Source: Octopus vulgaris (taxonomy: Eukaryota). Taken from it: DNA of 64,000 nt. Location of the stretch: the NCBI GenBank assembly GCA_951406725.2, contig OX597815.1, forward strand, positions 30,008,001-30,072,000. The letters run 5' to 3'. A model generated the notes under the pieces. The model had not been told where the DNA came from, did not search any database, and saw only the letters and a list, made by a program, of their open reading frames with translations. The translations under genes were made by a program, and so were the position numbers. Below, one piece after another: positions 11,713 through 24,433 of this stretch (positions are counted from its first letter, which is position 1; every line of letters starts with the position of its first letter).

Positions 11713-11955
11713 TATATATAAAAGGAAATGAAGAAAATGCTGACAAATAATTGAAGTAATTTAAGTAATTTAATTAGGTGAAAGTTTTTTTTACCGGTTG
11801 CGCATTTGTTATGCTTTTGATAAGCATAACAAATGCGCAACCGGTAAAAAGAACTTTCACCTAATTAAATTACTTAAATTACTTCAATTATTTGTCAGCA
11901 TTTTCTTCATTTCCTTTTTTATATATCACCACTCGTGTTCGACATCTCCTTTTTT

Positions 11956-12038
<83 letters not shown>

Positions 12039-12256
12039 ATGTTTGTGTGTCTGTGTTTGTCCCCGCACAACATCGCTGGTGTGTTTACATGCTGGTGTGT
12101 TTACGTCCCCGTAAGTTAGCGGTTCGGCAAAAGAGACCGATAGAATAAGTACTAGGCTTACAAAGAATAAGTCCTGGTGTCGATTTGCTCGACTAAAGGC
12201 GGTGCTCCAGCATGGCCGCAGTCAAATGACTGAAAAAAGTAAAAGCGTAAAAGAGA
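11640..12256 (+). mobile_element. SINE family B (5'-truncated), interrupted by a fold-back insert
   Basis: GAGTGGATTTGGTAGACGGAAACTGAAAGAAGCCCGTCG, then (TA)n with an insert, then resumes with GTTTGTGTGTCTGTGTTTGTCCCC..CATGGCCGCAGTCAAATGACTG. Confidence 0.9.
11720..11959 (+). mobile_element. Fold-back insert with U3-A8 hammerhead-like core at its axis
   Basis: ~97-bp arms at 11720-11816 and 11822-11918 with 1 mismatch. TTGATAA-GCAT-aacaa-ATGC-GCAA-CCGG-TA at 11817-11846. Confidence 0.7.
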
Positions 12257-12265
12257 ATATATATT

Positions 12266-12684
12266 TCTTATTTCTTTATTGCCCACAAGGGGCTAAACAC
12301 AGAGAGGACAAACAAGGACAGACAAACGGATTAAGTCGATTATATCGACCCCAGTGCGTAACTGGTGCTTATTTAATCGACCCCGAAAAGATGAAAGGCA
12401 AAGTCGACCTGGCGGAATTTGAACTCAGAACGTAGCGGCAGACGAAATACCTATTTCTTTACTACCCACAAGGGGCTGAATTCAGAGAGGACAAACAAGG
12501 ACAGACAAACGGATTAAGTCGATTATATCGACCACAGTGCGTAACTGGTACTTATTCAATCGACCCCGAAAGGATGAAAGGCAAATTCGACCGCGGCGGA
12601 ATTTGAACTCAGAACGTAGCGACAGACGAAATACCGCTAAGCATTTCGCCCGGCGTGCTAACGATTCTGTCAGCTCGCCGCCTT
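12266..12684 (-). mobile_element. Dimeric SINE family A (tail A1) with 14-bp TSD
   Basis: A full unit (12684-12452) is followed by a head-less unit (12451-12266). TSD AGAGAATATATATT at 12252-12265 and 12685-12698. Confidence 0.92.
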
Positions 12685-12935
12685 AGAGAATATATATTCT
12701 GTATGTAGAACGATGTAACGGAGGGTGTTTGAAAAATTACTACGCTGTGTATCGCAATAGTCATCCTGTCATATGTTAGTCATCGTATTTTCTACGACAT
12801 TTTCCTAGTGCTTCACAAACCACTCCTTTCTTTCCGATTTCGTCCTTTGGCTGTGTTAACTTCATACAATTTTTTCAGAAAAGTTATCATACATCACATC
12901 TTAATACCATCCCAGCTACACCTCTGCTGCTGCTG

Positions 12936-12983
<48 letters not shown>

Positions 12984-13000
12984 GTTTGAATGTCTCTCTC

Positions 13001-13032
<32 letters not shown>

Positions 13033-16000
13033 AGTGCATGTATATATGTGCAAAGTTTTTAAGTTGACCTCTGTCTCGACGATACATGGTTGCGTCTGTG
13101 CGATTAACCGAACGGTATGCTTGTTGAAAAAAAAACACGATTTTCCATCGGTTGGCAGATATAAGCACCTTTAAACAATTTGTTCGCTGAAATATAAACA
13201 AAACTAGCGGCTTTGTCTACGTTCAGAGTTCCGATTGCATCTGGCTGACGAGATACCAGTGTCTCAGAATTCCGTGCGCCAATGTGTTGATTGTGTTGAA
13301 CACACTGGCGACGTAAAATGGAGAAGTTATTCTCCTATGACTTACACTTTAGCGACCAGCGTATTTTGTGTCTGAATCTGCCTAGAAGCATTAGGAATAA
13401 ACATGCAAATAATCGTTCATATACTTATTGAATTAGCGTGTTAGTGGTTAAGCATTTACGAGACACGTTTATCCTAGATATAATATTCTGACAGAATCAA
13501 CATGACAATTTATGGAAGACTGTTTCGTTGTATTAAAGGCACAAAGTATCCGAAGGTCTTCTATGCAGTGTCTGCTGGCTGATTTTCAACCATAAAGCTT
13601 GTGGTGATCTTAGAAAATAGGAAAAGGATGTCGCCCAAGAAGTCTTGCAACAGAAAGAAATCCAGAATTTCATAATCGGCAAGCGAACACTTTAACCATT
13701 CGGTAAACACTCTAACCATTCGGCTATGCCAGCCATTAATATATATTAAATAGATACTAACAATTTAACACAAGCACGCAGAGACAAGCAAGTGTGTACA
13801 TAAATAGCAATGGAAAAAGAATAATAGCAATAATAACAGGCAAGATTAATATTCTATCTCATTGTGTGTGGATGTTAATGTTGTGTAAATGAATGGATCT
13901 TATTGCGAGTCATAGTCTAGAAGAAGGTAATTGAAGATTTATTGCAGTTCTCAACGATTGCAATGTAAAACTCTAAAGCAGGTCTGCAGAATGTGAATTC
14001 TGTGAATGGATTAGGAAATAACATTTATTCGTCAATTTATTTATTTATCAGAAAACTGAAGCATAACTCATAATAAAGAAACAGAGAACCGGGAAGGAGC
14101 TCTGCATAAATGTAGATCGATACAAGATATCACTATCACCTTCTTCGCCTCACATTCATCGTTCCTGATGGATTTGTTGTAAAAACTTAGATACAAAATA
14201 AAGTTTTATAGGAAAGATATCGCAGATCGACTCCAGTGAGAATTCTTGGAGCTGCTGTTTACTTACGCGTGAAGTGGATGAGAGAAATGGATCTATGGAT
14301 AGGGCGCTTTGTTGGCTGCAGAAAACATTTAAACCGATAGCGCCTCTAAGCTGTCACTGCACCTCCTAGAAATAGTAACGAAATATCCTCAAGTTACACC
14401 TTACAGCGTTGTACTTTTAAATTTAAATACACTTTCTAACTGATGTTTGGTTACGGTTAGAATGCCATTGATCATAGTATTTTGGGCATGTGCTTTCAAC
14501 AATATCTTCGGGTTGACCAGTCTTATTAGACGGCAACTGTGAGGAATCTTGCCTGTGTGTACGTGTATGCGGCTGTAGCTGTGAACTTGATATCGAGTAT
14601 AACCATCTTTTGCGCTAAAATTACTGATGTAACACCTCTTTGTCATAGACTCCCATGATGTAATGTACTACACTTCTACGTACCCTCACATAGAAGAAAT
14701 CTATGGCAGTATCAGAATTTAAGTGTAACAAATGTACGTGATATCGCATTCCACTGGGTTCTGTTTGTTTGTAATTCAAACAAGCTCGAGCATTGACTTA
14801 TGCTTGAAAAGAATAGGAAAGGGACAAAAAGCACCCGCACTTTATTGCCCTATGACGTACACAACATAGATCGGCATATTTTGCACCTGAAACTACCTGA
14901 ACGTAATATGAATAAACATGTAAATAATCGTTCCAGATCGCTGTACACGGTGCAAAAAATGGTTTTGAAAAATAAATAATGAATCTCTTTTGTAACTATT
15001 TCAGAACTGTTTGGGAAATATTAATCTCGAATTTTTTTTCAAATTACTAAAAACCACAGATGGAAATTGTTACCTCTAGACTAACTCAAAATAGTGAATG
15101 AATAATGAAAGAGTTTGTATAACTGGAATGTCTTAAGTATTTGCCCTATTCAACAAGCTTCATCAGGGTTAAACAACAGCAACAACATGAACGACAACGG
15201 CAAAAACAACACCTACTACTACCCTACTACCGTCACTACGGTCACTATCGAGAAGTATTATAACATACTGAAAGCTCACCTGGTTTTCATTGAATTTTAC
15301 AGTTCACAAGTTACCTTCACCCCTCCTGGAGAAAATTCTATGCCCAGTGTAGATTTTACACGTGAGAACAATTTGATGCAGCATTTCAGTTTCAATTCAG
15401 ACTGTAAACACGGACGAAATGCTGCTAAGCACTATTACCCAGTGCAGTAGGAGTTCTACCCGCATGCCGCCTTAACTTGTTATAATAGTACTTGTTCCAC
15501 GATGGAAGAAGGGCAACGTACATGAGCTTTTACAGGGCGTCTGAGAAGGGTGGTGATAAAAGAAGAAGGATTTTATTCTTTGTCTGTAAACCTAAATCGA
15601 ATACTTGCAACAAAGGGTAATCCACTTAAATACATTCAAGGGCAAGTAAGTGATACTAAATCGGTAGGCAGATTATGAAATGTTTCCAGTCCAATATGTG
15701 AAACACATAACTGCTCTATATTTATGATGAATAATCCTTTAAGCAAAGAACGATCTTAAAGTGTTCCTCTTGATAATCTTCTATTCTTTAGATAGATATT
15801 AAGCAACGAACAGTCTCTTTCTGCGTCAAGCCAACATTTGTCGGGTACTCAGCACGTACACAATGCGTATAGTAGACGTAATCCGACATTGGTTTAACAC
15901 AACCACCTGATCCTTCTGTGCAGTGCACGCTATTGCAAGCATTCGTGTAAGACAGCAGACTGAAGATAAATTCCTCCCGTCATTCTCACTGGCCCTGAAA

Positions 16001-17344
16001 AAGAGTGCTACCTTTACTCAGCTGACTAAATCGTCTAGAAATGAAATAATTACTTCATTCCCAAATGACATACATACAGCAATTATTCACAAATCCACAC
16101 TATCCGACTACAATGTACAATACTGAGTCAAAACAGACTCTACACGGTCGCACACTCTACTAGAAATTACAGCTAAAAATCCTTCTAGAAGTGGAAGGAG
16201 ACGGTGAACAGCGTTTCTTATGCACTATATCTAAAAAATAAACAAATAGAAAGATCCGGCATCATCAAGGCTGGAAGGCCTTTGCGCATTAGGTCTGCTC
16301 GAACAAGGCGAGTCGAGAGGTGAGCTGTAATTAATATGTAGCACGACTACAACAACAAAGGAATCAACGTTAAACCATATAATTCGTTCATTGTGTCGTT
16401 TTGACACATTTTTGCTCCTCAACCCTTACGAATTTTAGTTTGCATCATAACAGCATTTTCTTATTTGATTAGTACATTACCACTAACGTTTACAAGTATT
16501 TTAAATTGAAAACATAACATTAACAACAGATGCCCATTCGCTCACATTATATACAAATGTTGTTGTTTGCTCTGACTTCATACTGAACATTTTCTGCCTT
16601 TACTTTTCTTCTCCTTTTTTTTCTTCTTCTTCTCCAAATAGAAAATGTCGTCCACGTTTTCTTTTTTCAAAAGAATAGGCGCACAAATAACAGAAGATTC
16701 TGGAATAAACATTCTCAATCAATGAAATCAAATGTAAACAGAAATCTTCTTAAGAAGAAATTTATGGATTATTTCTGGAAGTTAATGGAAAAATCTGTAG
16801 ATTATGTTTTCCAAATTGAAAACTTCATCGCGTTGTACTTATTATGTTCAATGTATAAATTTTTTTTAAAAAATGGCTCCGTTCGTATTAGTAAAAAGTG
16901 CAAAAGGTCTTAGAAGTGAAATAAATTCCTTTGTTCATTGGAAATCTCTTAATGGTTTCCAAATAAGTTGTTTCTGGCTTGTGATGTTTATAGATTTCAA
17001 TTGACGAGTAGCCACATAGCCACGGAACGGTGTAATTTAAGAAATATAATGTTTATTCAAATATATTACTTTTGGTTATTACAAGGAAGAATGGTAGCTG
17101 TCAGTTACATTTGATTAACGCCATCCTCGTCAGAGCGATTCCGCCAGAAAACACCAAAAAGCGTATTACTTATTCGTCTGTATTAGAAATAAGAGATCAA
17201 TTTTCTTCTCTCATATTTCTGAAATAATATCATAGTTGCATACATTCATATATTTCAAATTAGGAAATATTATATGTTCATTCCTATTTCGCAGGCAATT
17301 TTATTTGTATTATTTTAAGTTTCTCCTATATTGAACAGTATTCT

Positions 17345-17600
17345 TGTTGCTGTTGCCCAGCTTCAGTGGAGTACCGATCGTGCAGTTCAGATTATTTTAA
17401 CATTTTGTTGCCAGATGGTAATATAGTGATCCAGCGTAATCAGGCATTCTATCCATGACCATCCTGTCTATCCTTTAGACACAGTGTAACTATGACTAAA
17501 TTATACATTGTCTCATTCCCTTTCTCACGATTGCAGTGTAATTTGATGGTGATTTTACTGCTATTTCTAGTAGATGGAGTGACTGTATAAAGGACTCACT
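17345..17600 (-). repeat. Old dispersed repeat family; other remnants near 14355-14500, 16140-16230, 21888-22075 and 34955-35000 (plus)
   Basis: All share a CTAGAAAT(AG/TG/TA)-type core with similar flanks; strongly decayed, boundaries approximate. Confidence 0.45.
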
Positions 17601-18392
17601 GCTTCATAGATAATACTCTTCTGGAGTTAGGTGCACAGGTTTGAAATAATTTTAACACTCTTTTCAATATAAAGTGTAAAGAAACAGATTGTTTTAAGCG
17701 TTATAAACAGAGAAAAGCGTACACTGTAGCTGCATATTCTAGATAGACGTCAACTGGTTCAGAAACTGTGCAAGAGAACACCACTTCCGGCTGCAATAGA
17801 TAAAAACATTTGCTTTTATATGTTGCATTTTAGTTCAAATGATTTTGTAGTGAAATCTCAGGTAACCTTATCTTTTATGAAGTTACACCAAAGATGTTTG
17901 TGGCGTTCTTCGAACGTAGAAACGATTTCGATTGAGCGTTAATTCCGTCAGTTCTTTTGAAGAACTGTGTCAGATCAAAGACGGAACCATGTTTAGTTCT
18001 ATGGAGCCGGTATTCCGTTATTTCTATGGAAGACAGTTATCAAATCCAAGCAAATGTTGTTATATTTCTTCTGTATTTCTATGAAACTATTTCAAAGTGC
18101 AGCCCCCAACTATCATTGAAACATCTTTGTACAACAAATACTAATAATAAAAGCAATATAGATAGATAGATCCGGGGCTTCCGTCCAATATAAATGAGCT
18201 ATGTGTAGGCTAAATATCCTTTTCTGTATCGGTTTCTCTCAGTAAAGCTACTTTTCAGAATAAAATTCACTTTTAGTTCATTGATGATCAATAATCTCAA
18301 CTTTAGAGGAGATTATCCCCTCCAGTAAAAGAATTACATCCAACGATATACTATTTTTGTTTGAAGCATTAATAATAATAATAATAATAAAA

Positions 18393-18442
<50 letters not shown>

Positions 18443-18739
18443 TTGACGTTTTTAAATTTATATAAAATCAAATATTTTCTATACGAAAAGGAAAGTCAAA
18501 GATGTAGAAAATTGTGCATTGCTTTATATTACTGACATTGTTGTCAGTAATATACGTTTATATGATTTAACTTAATAAATAAAAATTGCTTAAATTCATA
18601 CTGTAGAAGTTCTAAAACAATTTGTTTTTAATGGTGGGAATTTACGTTATATTCTCCAAAGAAACGAATCAAGATTAATGCAAGCGTTTCTGACTTATCT
18701 CATCTGTCAATGATTCAGTAAATTTTGTTATATATATAC

Positions 18740-18980
18740 CTTCTATCTGTTACTTCGTTCAGTCATTAGACTGCAGCCATACTGCGGCGCCGCTTTGAAG
18801 AATTTTAGTCGAACGAATGGACCCACTTATTTGAATTTTAAGCCTAGTACTTATTTTATCGCTCGCTTTTACCAAACTACTAAGTTAGGTGGACGTAAAC
18901 ATTCTAATACGAGTTGTCAAGCGGTGTGGTGGTACTGGTGGACAAATACAGTCACAAAGATACACACACACATTCATATA
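18740..18980 (-). mobile_element. SINE family B 3' half, decayed
   Basis: CAGTCATTAGACTGCAGCCAT..AAGCCTAGTACTTATT..GTTGTCAAGCG. Confidence 0.8.
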
Positions 18981-19424
18981 TGAATTAGAAGCAACACAGG
19001 TGTTGTAAATATTTGCTAGCTCACCTGTCGGCTGCGATTTGTCGCGGTGTTAAAACACTTGAAAGCTATAGTCATAGACAGGTGAGACAACTCACCCCAA
19101 GTTTCATTCAGGAGCGATGGACATCGATGTTTCGCCATTTCTGTGGCTTATCAACATCACATACCTAAACAAAACCAAGGCAAATTGAACAGCCTGTCTA
19201 TTACTATATGTAGAATGGTGTAAAAATAATCTGCTGGTCTGCCTGAACGATGCATACGTAGAAATAAATTCAAATATGAATTCGAAGCAGCGCGAGTGTA
19301 TAAACATTATCGAACACATGCAAAATGTATGTGATTTGCTTGTTCAACGGTCGGCTGCTATGTGACGCGTTGGTGATGCCCCTAATTCATCTTTAAATTT
19401 ATTCGTACATATGCATCGATCAGT

Positions 19425-19603
19425 GGGAGGGAACTAGTCCATAACATCATACCCAGTGCTCAACTCGAACTTGTTTCATCGACTTGGAAAGGAGGGAATA
19501 CAATGTTGACCTCGGCAGAATTTGAACTCAGAACATAAAATCGGACGAAATGTTGCAAAGCATTTGCGCGGGGATTCTAAAGATTCTGCCAGCTCACCGC
19601 TTT
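19425..19603 (-). mobile_element. SINE family A, decayed
   Basis: GACCTCGGCAGAATTTGAACTCAGAAC..GATTCTGCCAGCTCACCGC matches the 12266-12684 element. Confidence 0.8.
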
Positions 19604-20169
19604 GTTTTATTCTTTACAAATAAATCTTGAGAGATTGTTGATATATTATTTGTATCAAAGAGTCTTGAGGCAGTGAAATTTCGCTACAAGTGAAATAATC
19701 GCTAGTTTTATAGAGAAGAAGAAGAGAGTATAGTAAAGTTAAGGAGTGCTCCACGATGAGATTTAGGTTTCTGATTAAAGCTATTTTACTTGATTTGTGC
19801 CTCTGAAAAAGAATGTACCTTGCGTAATTACATTCTATCTCACTTTATTTACGGTGTAGTGCCAAATAAAAAGATGTGAATGTTCTTAGCTTGGAACTGC
19901 CTCAAATTCCCTTTCACTACTTTAAAAAAAAATCAAACAATTAGAATAAACTTACAACAATATAACAGGACTTTCAGCTGACGTCTAACATATTGACTAT
20001 ATTATAGTGGTAACTGCCACAATAGCAATCAAAGCTTGAGGGTAATAACTTTAAAGCTTTGTAATCAAAAGATATGCATCTGATATGTTGAAATTCGGTT
20101 CCACTCCTAGCAAAATGCGAACAGTTTCCAGATAGTGTTACTACATCCGATTTGTTATTTAGCACTATG

Positions 20170-20242
<73 letters not shown>

Positions 20243-22431
20243 TAATAATAATAATAATAATAATAAAGTAAATAAGTAAAATGAGGCTACTGAAATATAT
20301 TTTAGTTGATGTCAGTGAGAACTAATAGCTTTGTTTTATCTTTGGTCTTCGTTTTCTTGTTCTATTTTGTATTGGCCTTGATGGGTGGTCTGTTAGATAC
20401 GTACGGTGTATACACATAAACTATACATAACATACATATACACACGCACACACATAAACTCATACTGACGCCCACATACCCACACAGCCTCACACCGACC
20501 AGCACAAACACCTACACATATGCGTAGTGCTTAGTCAGTGAACAGTTTTATAGCCATACACCGTTACCGACAGACACAGAATCCAGAGTTAAGATAATTG
20601 TTCTTTTTTCTCTCTCTTTTCTTTATTCTATATATTTTTTTTTTGCTCAGAATTGTAAGTACATTTACTTTATTGCTGAAGATTGGACATAACTTGTCTG
20701 ATGCTAAACGAAAATGTCATTTATGGCAGTTAAGATTCGATTTGACTAATTTTCAGATTCACATTCTTATTTCATCTTTTTTCTCATGAATTAATTTCTG
20801 CCATAAAATTGCCATATTAATTATATTTTCATACATAATGGCTTGTTGATTTTTTGAACTTCAGAAAAGTTTTGGTAATCCCAATTAGTTCGATATGTCT
20901 ATGAATTTCATAAAACATTTCCCCGATTCCTTGAATTATAAACAGGAAATTACTTACGTCTTTACTATTATTTCTTTTTCTTTTCAGTATGTCTTATGCT
21001 CGCTTCTCCTTCTCTCCTTCTTTCCTCTTGTTCTTTCTCTATTTCTCTAGTTGTACTTTTATCACTTTCCTAGCTGCAACCATACATATCCCTGTATCGA
21101 TTAATTTTATAATAGATTCATTCCTCTAATAAGTATCACTATATTGATTTCTTTTAACACATGTAAAAGCTCTATATCTTGGGTAAAGGAGAGTAGAAGA
21201 CATAGTGGCCATGCATTTACGAAGAACATTAATGGCGTTAGTTAGTTTCTGTAGTATTCATTTAATGTTAAATGAATTTCTCTTTCGTAAGACTGCTGAT
21301 CAAGTCTGGATAAATTTCTTTCTGGTTAGGGGGATTGAAATCACAGCTTCATGCTGTATTTCAGAAATCCACAGTAATACTTCTGATTCTGAGGAAGTAG
21401 TACTAAGTCGTTTGGTGAGATACCAAACCGATTCTAACAAGTATAAAAGTTTATATTATATTACAAATTGGAACTTGCGTCTGTTCCGAAACACTGTTTA
21501 TGCAAAAGATAATATTTAGTTTACGTTTAGTAAAACTCGAAACTCAAAATATAAACTAAGTTGTTAAGTAGATTTAAAAGCGAATCTGACTCACTTGGCG
21601 CAGTTTCACTCATTCAAAGAGGTATAATGTAAATTGTATTATTTATCACAACTCCCAGGCTCACAAATAGCATGTAGATTAAATTTTAAATGCTTTTGAC
21701 TTTGCTGAAGTGTTTTGCCCAGGTTATCATTAAATTGTGGATAAACAAACTTTTTTTCTTGAGTTGTTCAACGGCTGCAGATTAAGCTTTTTTCTGCCTT
21801 CAGGTTTGTTACATTAAAGTCGTGCAAATGCATCAACTGAAGTTTAAAACGAAATTTTGTACATAAGTGCAACACGAGACGATATGGGAGCCTCTACACG
21901 ATTATTCGACCTGCTAGAAATTGCAATCACACCGCCTACAAATCACTCCGTGTTAATTAAAGGAGAATAATTCGGAAAATATAACTTCTGATATACCAAA
22001 CAAAATACAAAACCGGAATAATTACGAAAAGAACGTATTTGATCAGAGCAGGCATGGGTTTAATCAATAACACTATACGTTAGAATAAAATACATGCAGG
22101 CATGGCTGTGTGGTTAAAATGTTTGCTTGGAAACCACAGCTAAAGAGGCTTTTTGATCCAATTTTCAGTCAACCATTGTTGATTCCTTTTCGCTGCGTAG
22201 CATGGAACCCCATCTTTCATGAATAAAACTCATAGAATAAAGTTTCAATAAAGTTTCAATATTTTAAAGCGGTCCCAATAATCAAGACCATGTATTCCAC
22301 TCACACCTCAAAGCCATATATTACTTGCCAACTCGAAGCTATATAAGATGAATTTATCTTAGGGGATTTACAGTTAGAAGTAACGTGAAATAAACTTCCC
22401 AGTTGCATAGCCATGCTTCGCATGTATAATA

Positions 22432-22810
22432 TTCTTATATCTTTATCTTTTACTTGTTTCAGTCATTTGACTGCGGCCATGCTGGGGAACCGTCTTGAAG
22501 GATTTTAGTCGAACAGACCGACCCCAGTATTTAACTTTTTTTTAAGCTTGGTACTTATTCTATCGGTTTCTTTTGTCGAATCAGTAGGTTACGGGTACAT
22601 AAACACATCAAGAGCAGTCGTTAAGCGGTAGTGGGGAACGGTTACAGACACAAAGTACACGTCTACACATACTGGGACGGTTTCTTTCAGGTCCCATCTA
22701 CCAAATTCAGTCACAAAACTTTGGTCGGCCGGTGGCTATAGTAGAAGACACATGCGTAAGATGTCACGCGGGGAACAGAACCCGGAACCATGTGGTTGGG
22801 AAGCAATCTT
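22432..22810 (-). mobile_element. SINE family B
   Basis: The reverse complement aligns to 28935-29351; the extreme 5' end is replaced by the adjacent element's tail. Confidence 0.85.
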
Positions 22811-22811
22811 C

Positions 22812-24044
22812 TTTATTTCATTATTTCATTATATTGGCCATAAAGGCTTTACATAGAGAAAGCGGGTTAGACATAGACACAATGTTATATGAAATGAAAA
22901 ATGAAAATGATGATTTATAGGAGAAACAGCGACGCCTGCCGATCGTTGTTTCTCGAGAACATTGATCTCATGTATTATTCATGAGGCAACAAACCTCTTA
23001 CACTGTTCACAATTCAATAACAAAATGAGGCATTAAGCCTCTTAACTTTTTCCCCAAATAGGAACTCTCAATAACACTTTTCAAACTCTTATCCATGTTT
23101 CTCCCCAACCACCTACGCCTCATTCAAGCACAAAGCGGGTGCCTTGTCGGCGTCGCCCGACCGCAAGCGATATTCCTCATTGAGTTCATCCAGTCTACGC
23201 AACACGGGCAACGTTATGACCTCCACAGCTATCTGCCGAGGCCATTCGGGATCCCGTGTGCAGGCTGAAGGTACTCCTTATGGTGCTTTTCCAACACCTT
23301 AATTCGTCTTCCTCCGGGGACGAGGTAGTCACTTCTACCGTCGGCGGCACAATTCCCATCGACGGTGTCTCTTCCCCTGCCGGTGGCACAACCCCCACCG
23401 ACGAGGTTCCGGGACATTCCGGTCCTATGTCACCGACTGCCGGCAATGTCCCGTTTCTCTTCGTCTTCTTTTTCTTCTCAACTGAGGGAGTGTGTGTCTC
23501 CTCCTTAACCGGTAGATTCGCCTCCCCTCCCTCATCCCTAGTTAGTGTCCTCTATCCTCTGAACCCAAGACTCGTCAACTTCTTTCTACAATACGAGGGA
23601 AGAAACAAAACCTCTCTGCCCTCCAAGGGCTGCATTGCAAATTTGCGAGCCTCCTGAGGGGTGTCAAATAGTAACCACACCGTTGTATATTTGACTCCCC
23701 TCCCCGGAGATGAATTAAATAGTTGGCAGATACTGTGCCAACTCCTTTTCGATTACATTCTTTTGAAATAGGGCGATGGTATCGAGCGACTTGGAGTAAG
23801 TCCTCAACACCACCGTCCTCTCTTCACAATCTTCCAACCACTGTTTGGGGGGGAGGCAATTTCCCACTCCGAAACATTGTCCTTGTTCTTTACCATGTTT
23901 TTTTTTAAAGTAAAAGGTCCAAAAACAGTTCAAATAAAAAGAAGGAAGAAAAAGAAAGAAGTCACAACAAAAAGGAAGGAAGAAAAAAGAAAGCAGTTCG
24001 ATAAAAAGAAAGTCACCAAAAAGATTAAAGAAAGAAAACAGTCT
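22812..24044 (-). mobile_element. Putative ORF1-only (non-autonomous) Tx1-like retroelement, decayed
   Basis: Frameshifted frame from ATG 23896: MVKNKDNV/..LPPK..EDCEERTVVLRTYSK..IALFQKNVIEKEL..VKYTTVWLLFDTPQEARKFAMQPL..LFLPSYC, then a low-complexity region. Pyrimidine-rich 5' leader, no RT remnant, and a 3' end CTCTATGTAAAGCCTTTATGGCCAATATAATGAAATAA resembling the Tx1 tail at 63080-63120. The ORF1 assignment is from memory of similar proteins. Confidence 0.5.
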
Positions 24045-24433
24045 CTCTTTACTCTTTTACTCTTTTACTTGTTTCAGTCATTTGACTGCGGCCATGCTGG
24101 AGCATCGCCTTTAGTTGAGCAAATCGAGCCCAGGACTTATTCTTTGTAAGCCTAGTACTTATTCTATCGGTCTCTTTTGCCGAACCGCTAAGTTACGGGG
24201 GCATGAACACACCATTATCGGTTGTCAAGCGATGTTGGGAGGACAAACACAGACACACAAACACACACATATATATATATACATATATACCACAGGCTTC
24301 TTTCAGTTTCCGATTACCAAATCCACTCACAAAGCTTTGGTCGGCCCGAGGCTATAGTAGAAGACACTTGCTCAAAGTGCCACGTAGTGGGACTGAACCC
24401 GAACCATGTGGTTGGTAAGCAAGCTACTTACCA
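24045..24433 (-). mobile_element. SINE family B, young near-complete copy
   Basis: High similarity to the copies at 28935-29351 and 59650-60087; (CTTTTA)n tail. Confidence 0.92.

Noticed and set aside
19020-19085. 10-bp inverted repeat CTCACCTGTC/GACAGGTGAG (a similar small hairpin lies at 6894-6921)
   Set aside because: Too short to distinguish from chance in 64 kb; no TSD or second copy.
13200-22400. Host exons in the long lower-repeat stretches (also 33300-39700)
   Set aside because: Only isolated polypyrimidine-AG sites and short ORFs without recognisable similarity. Small exons cannot be excluded without RNA data.
23256-23657. Plus-strand 133-aa ORF
   Set aside because: It is the antisense shadow of the minus-strand ORF1-like frame.
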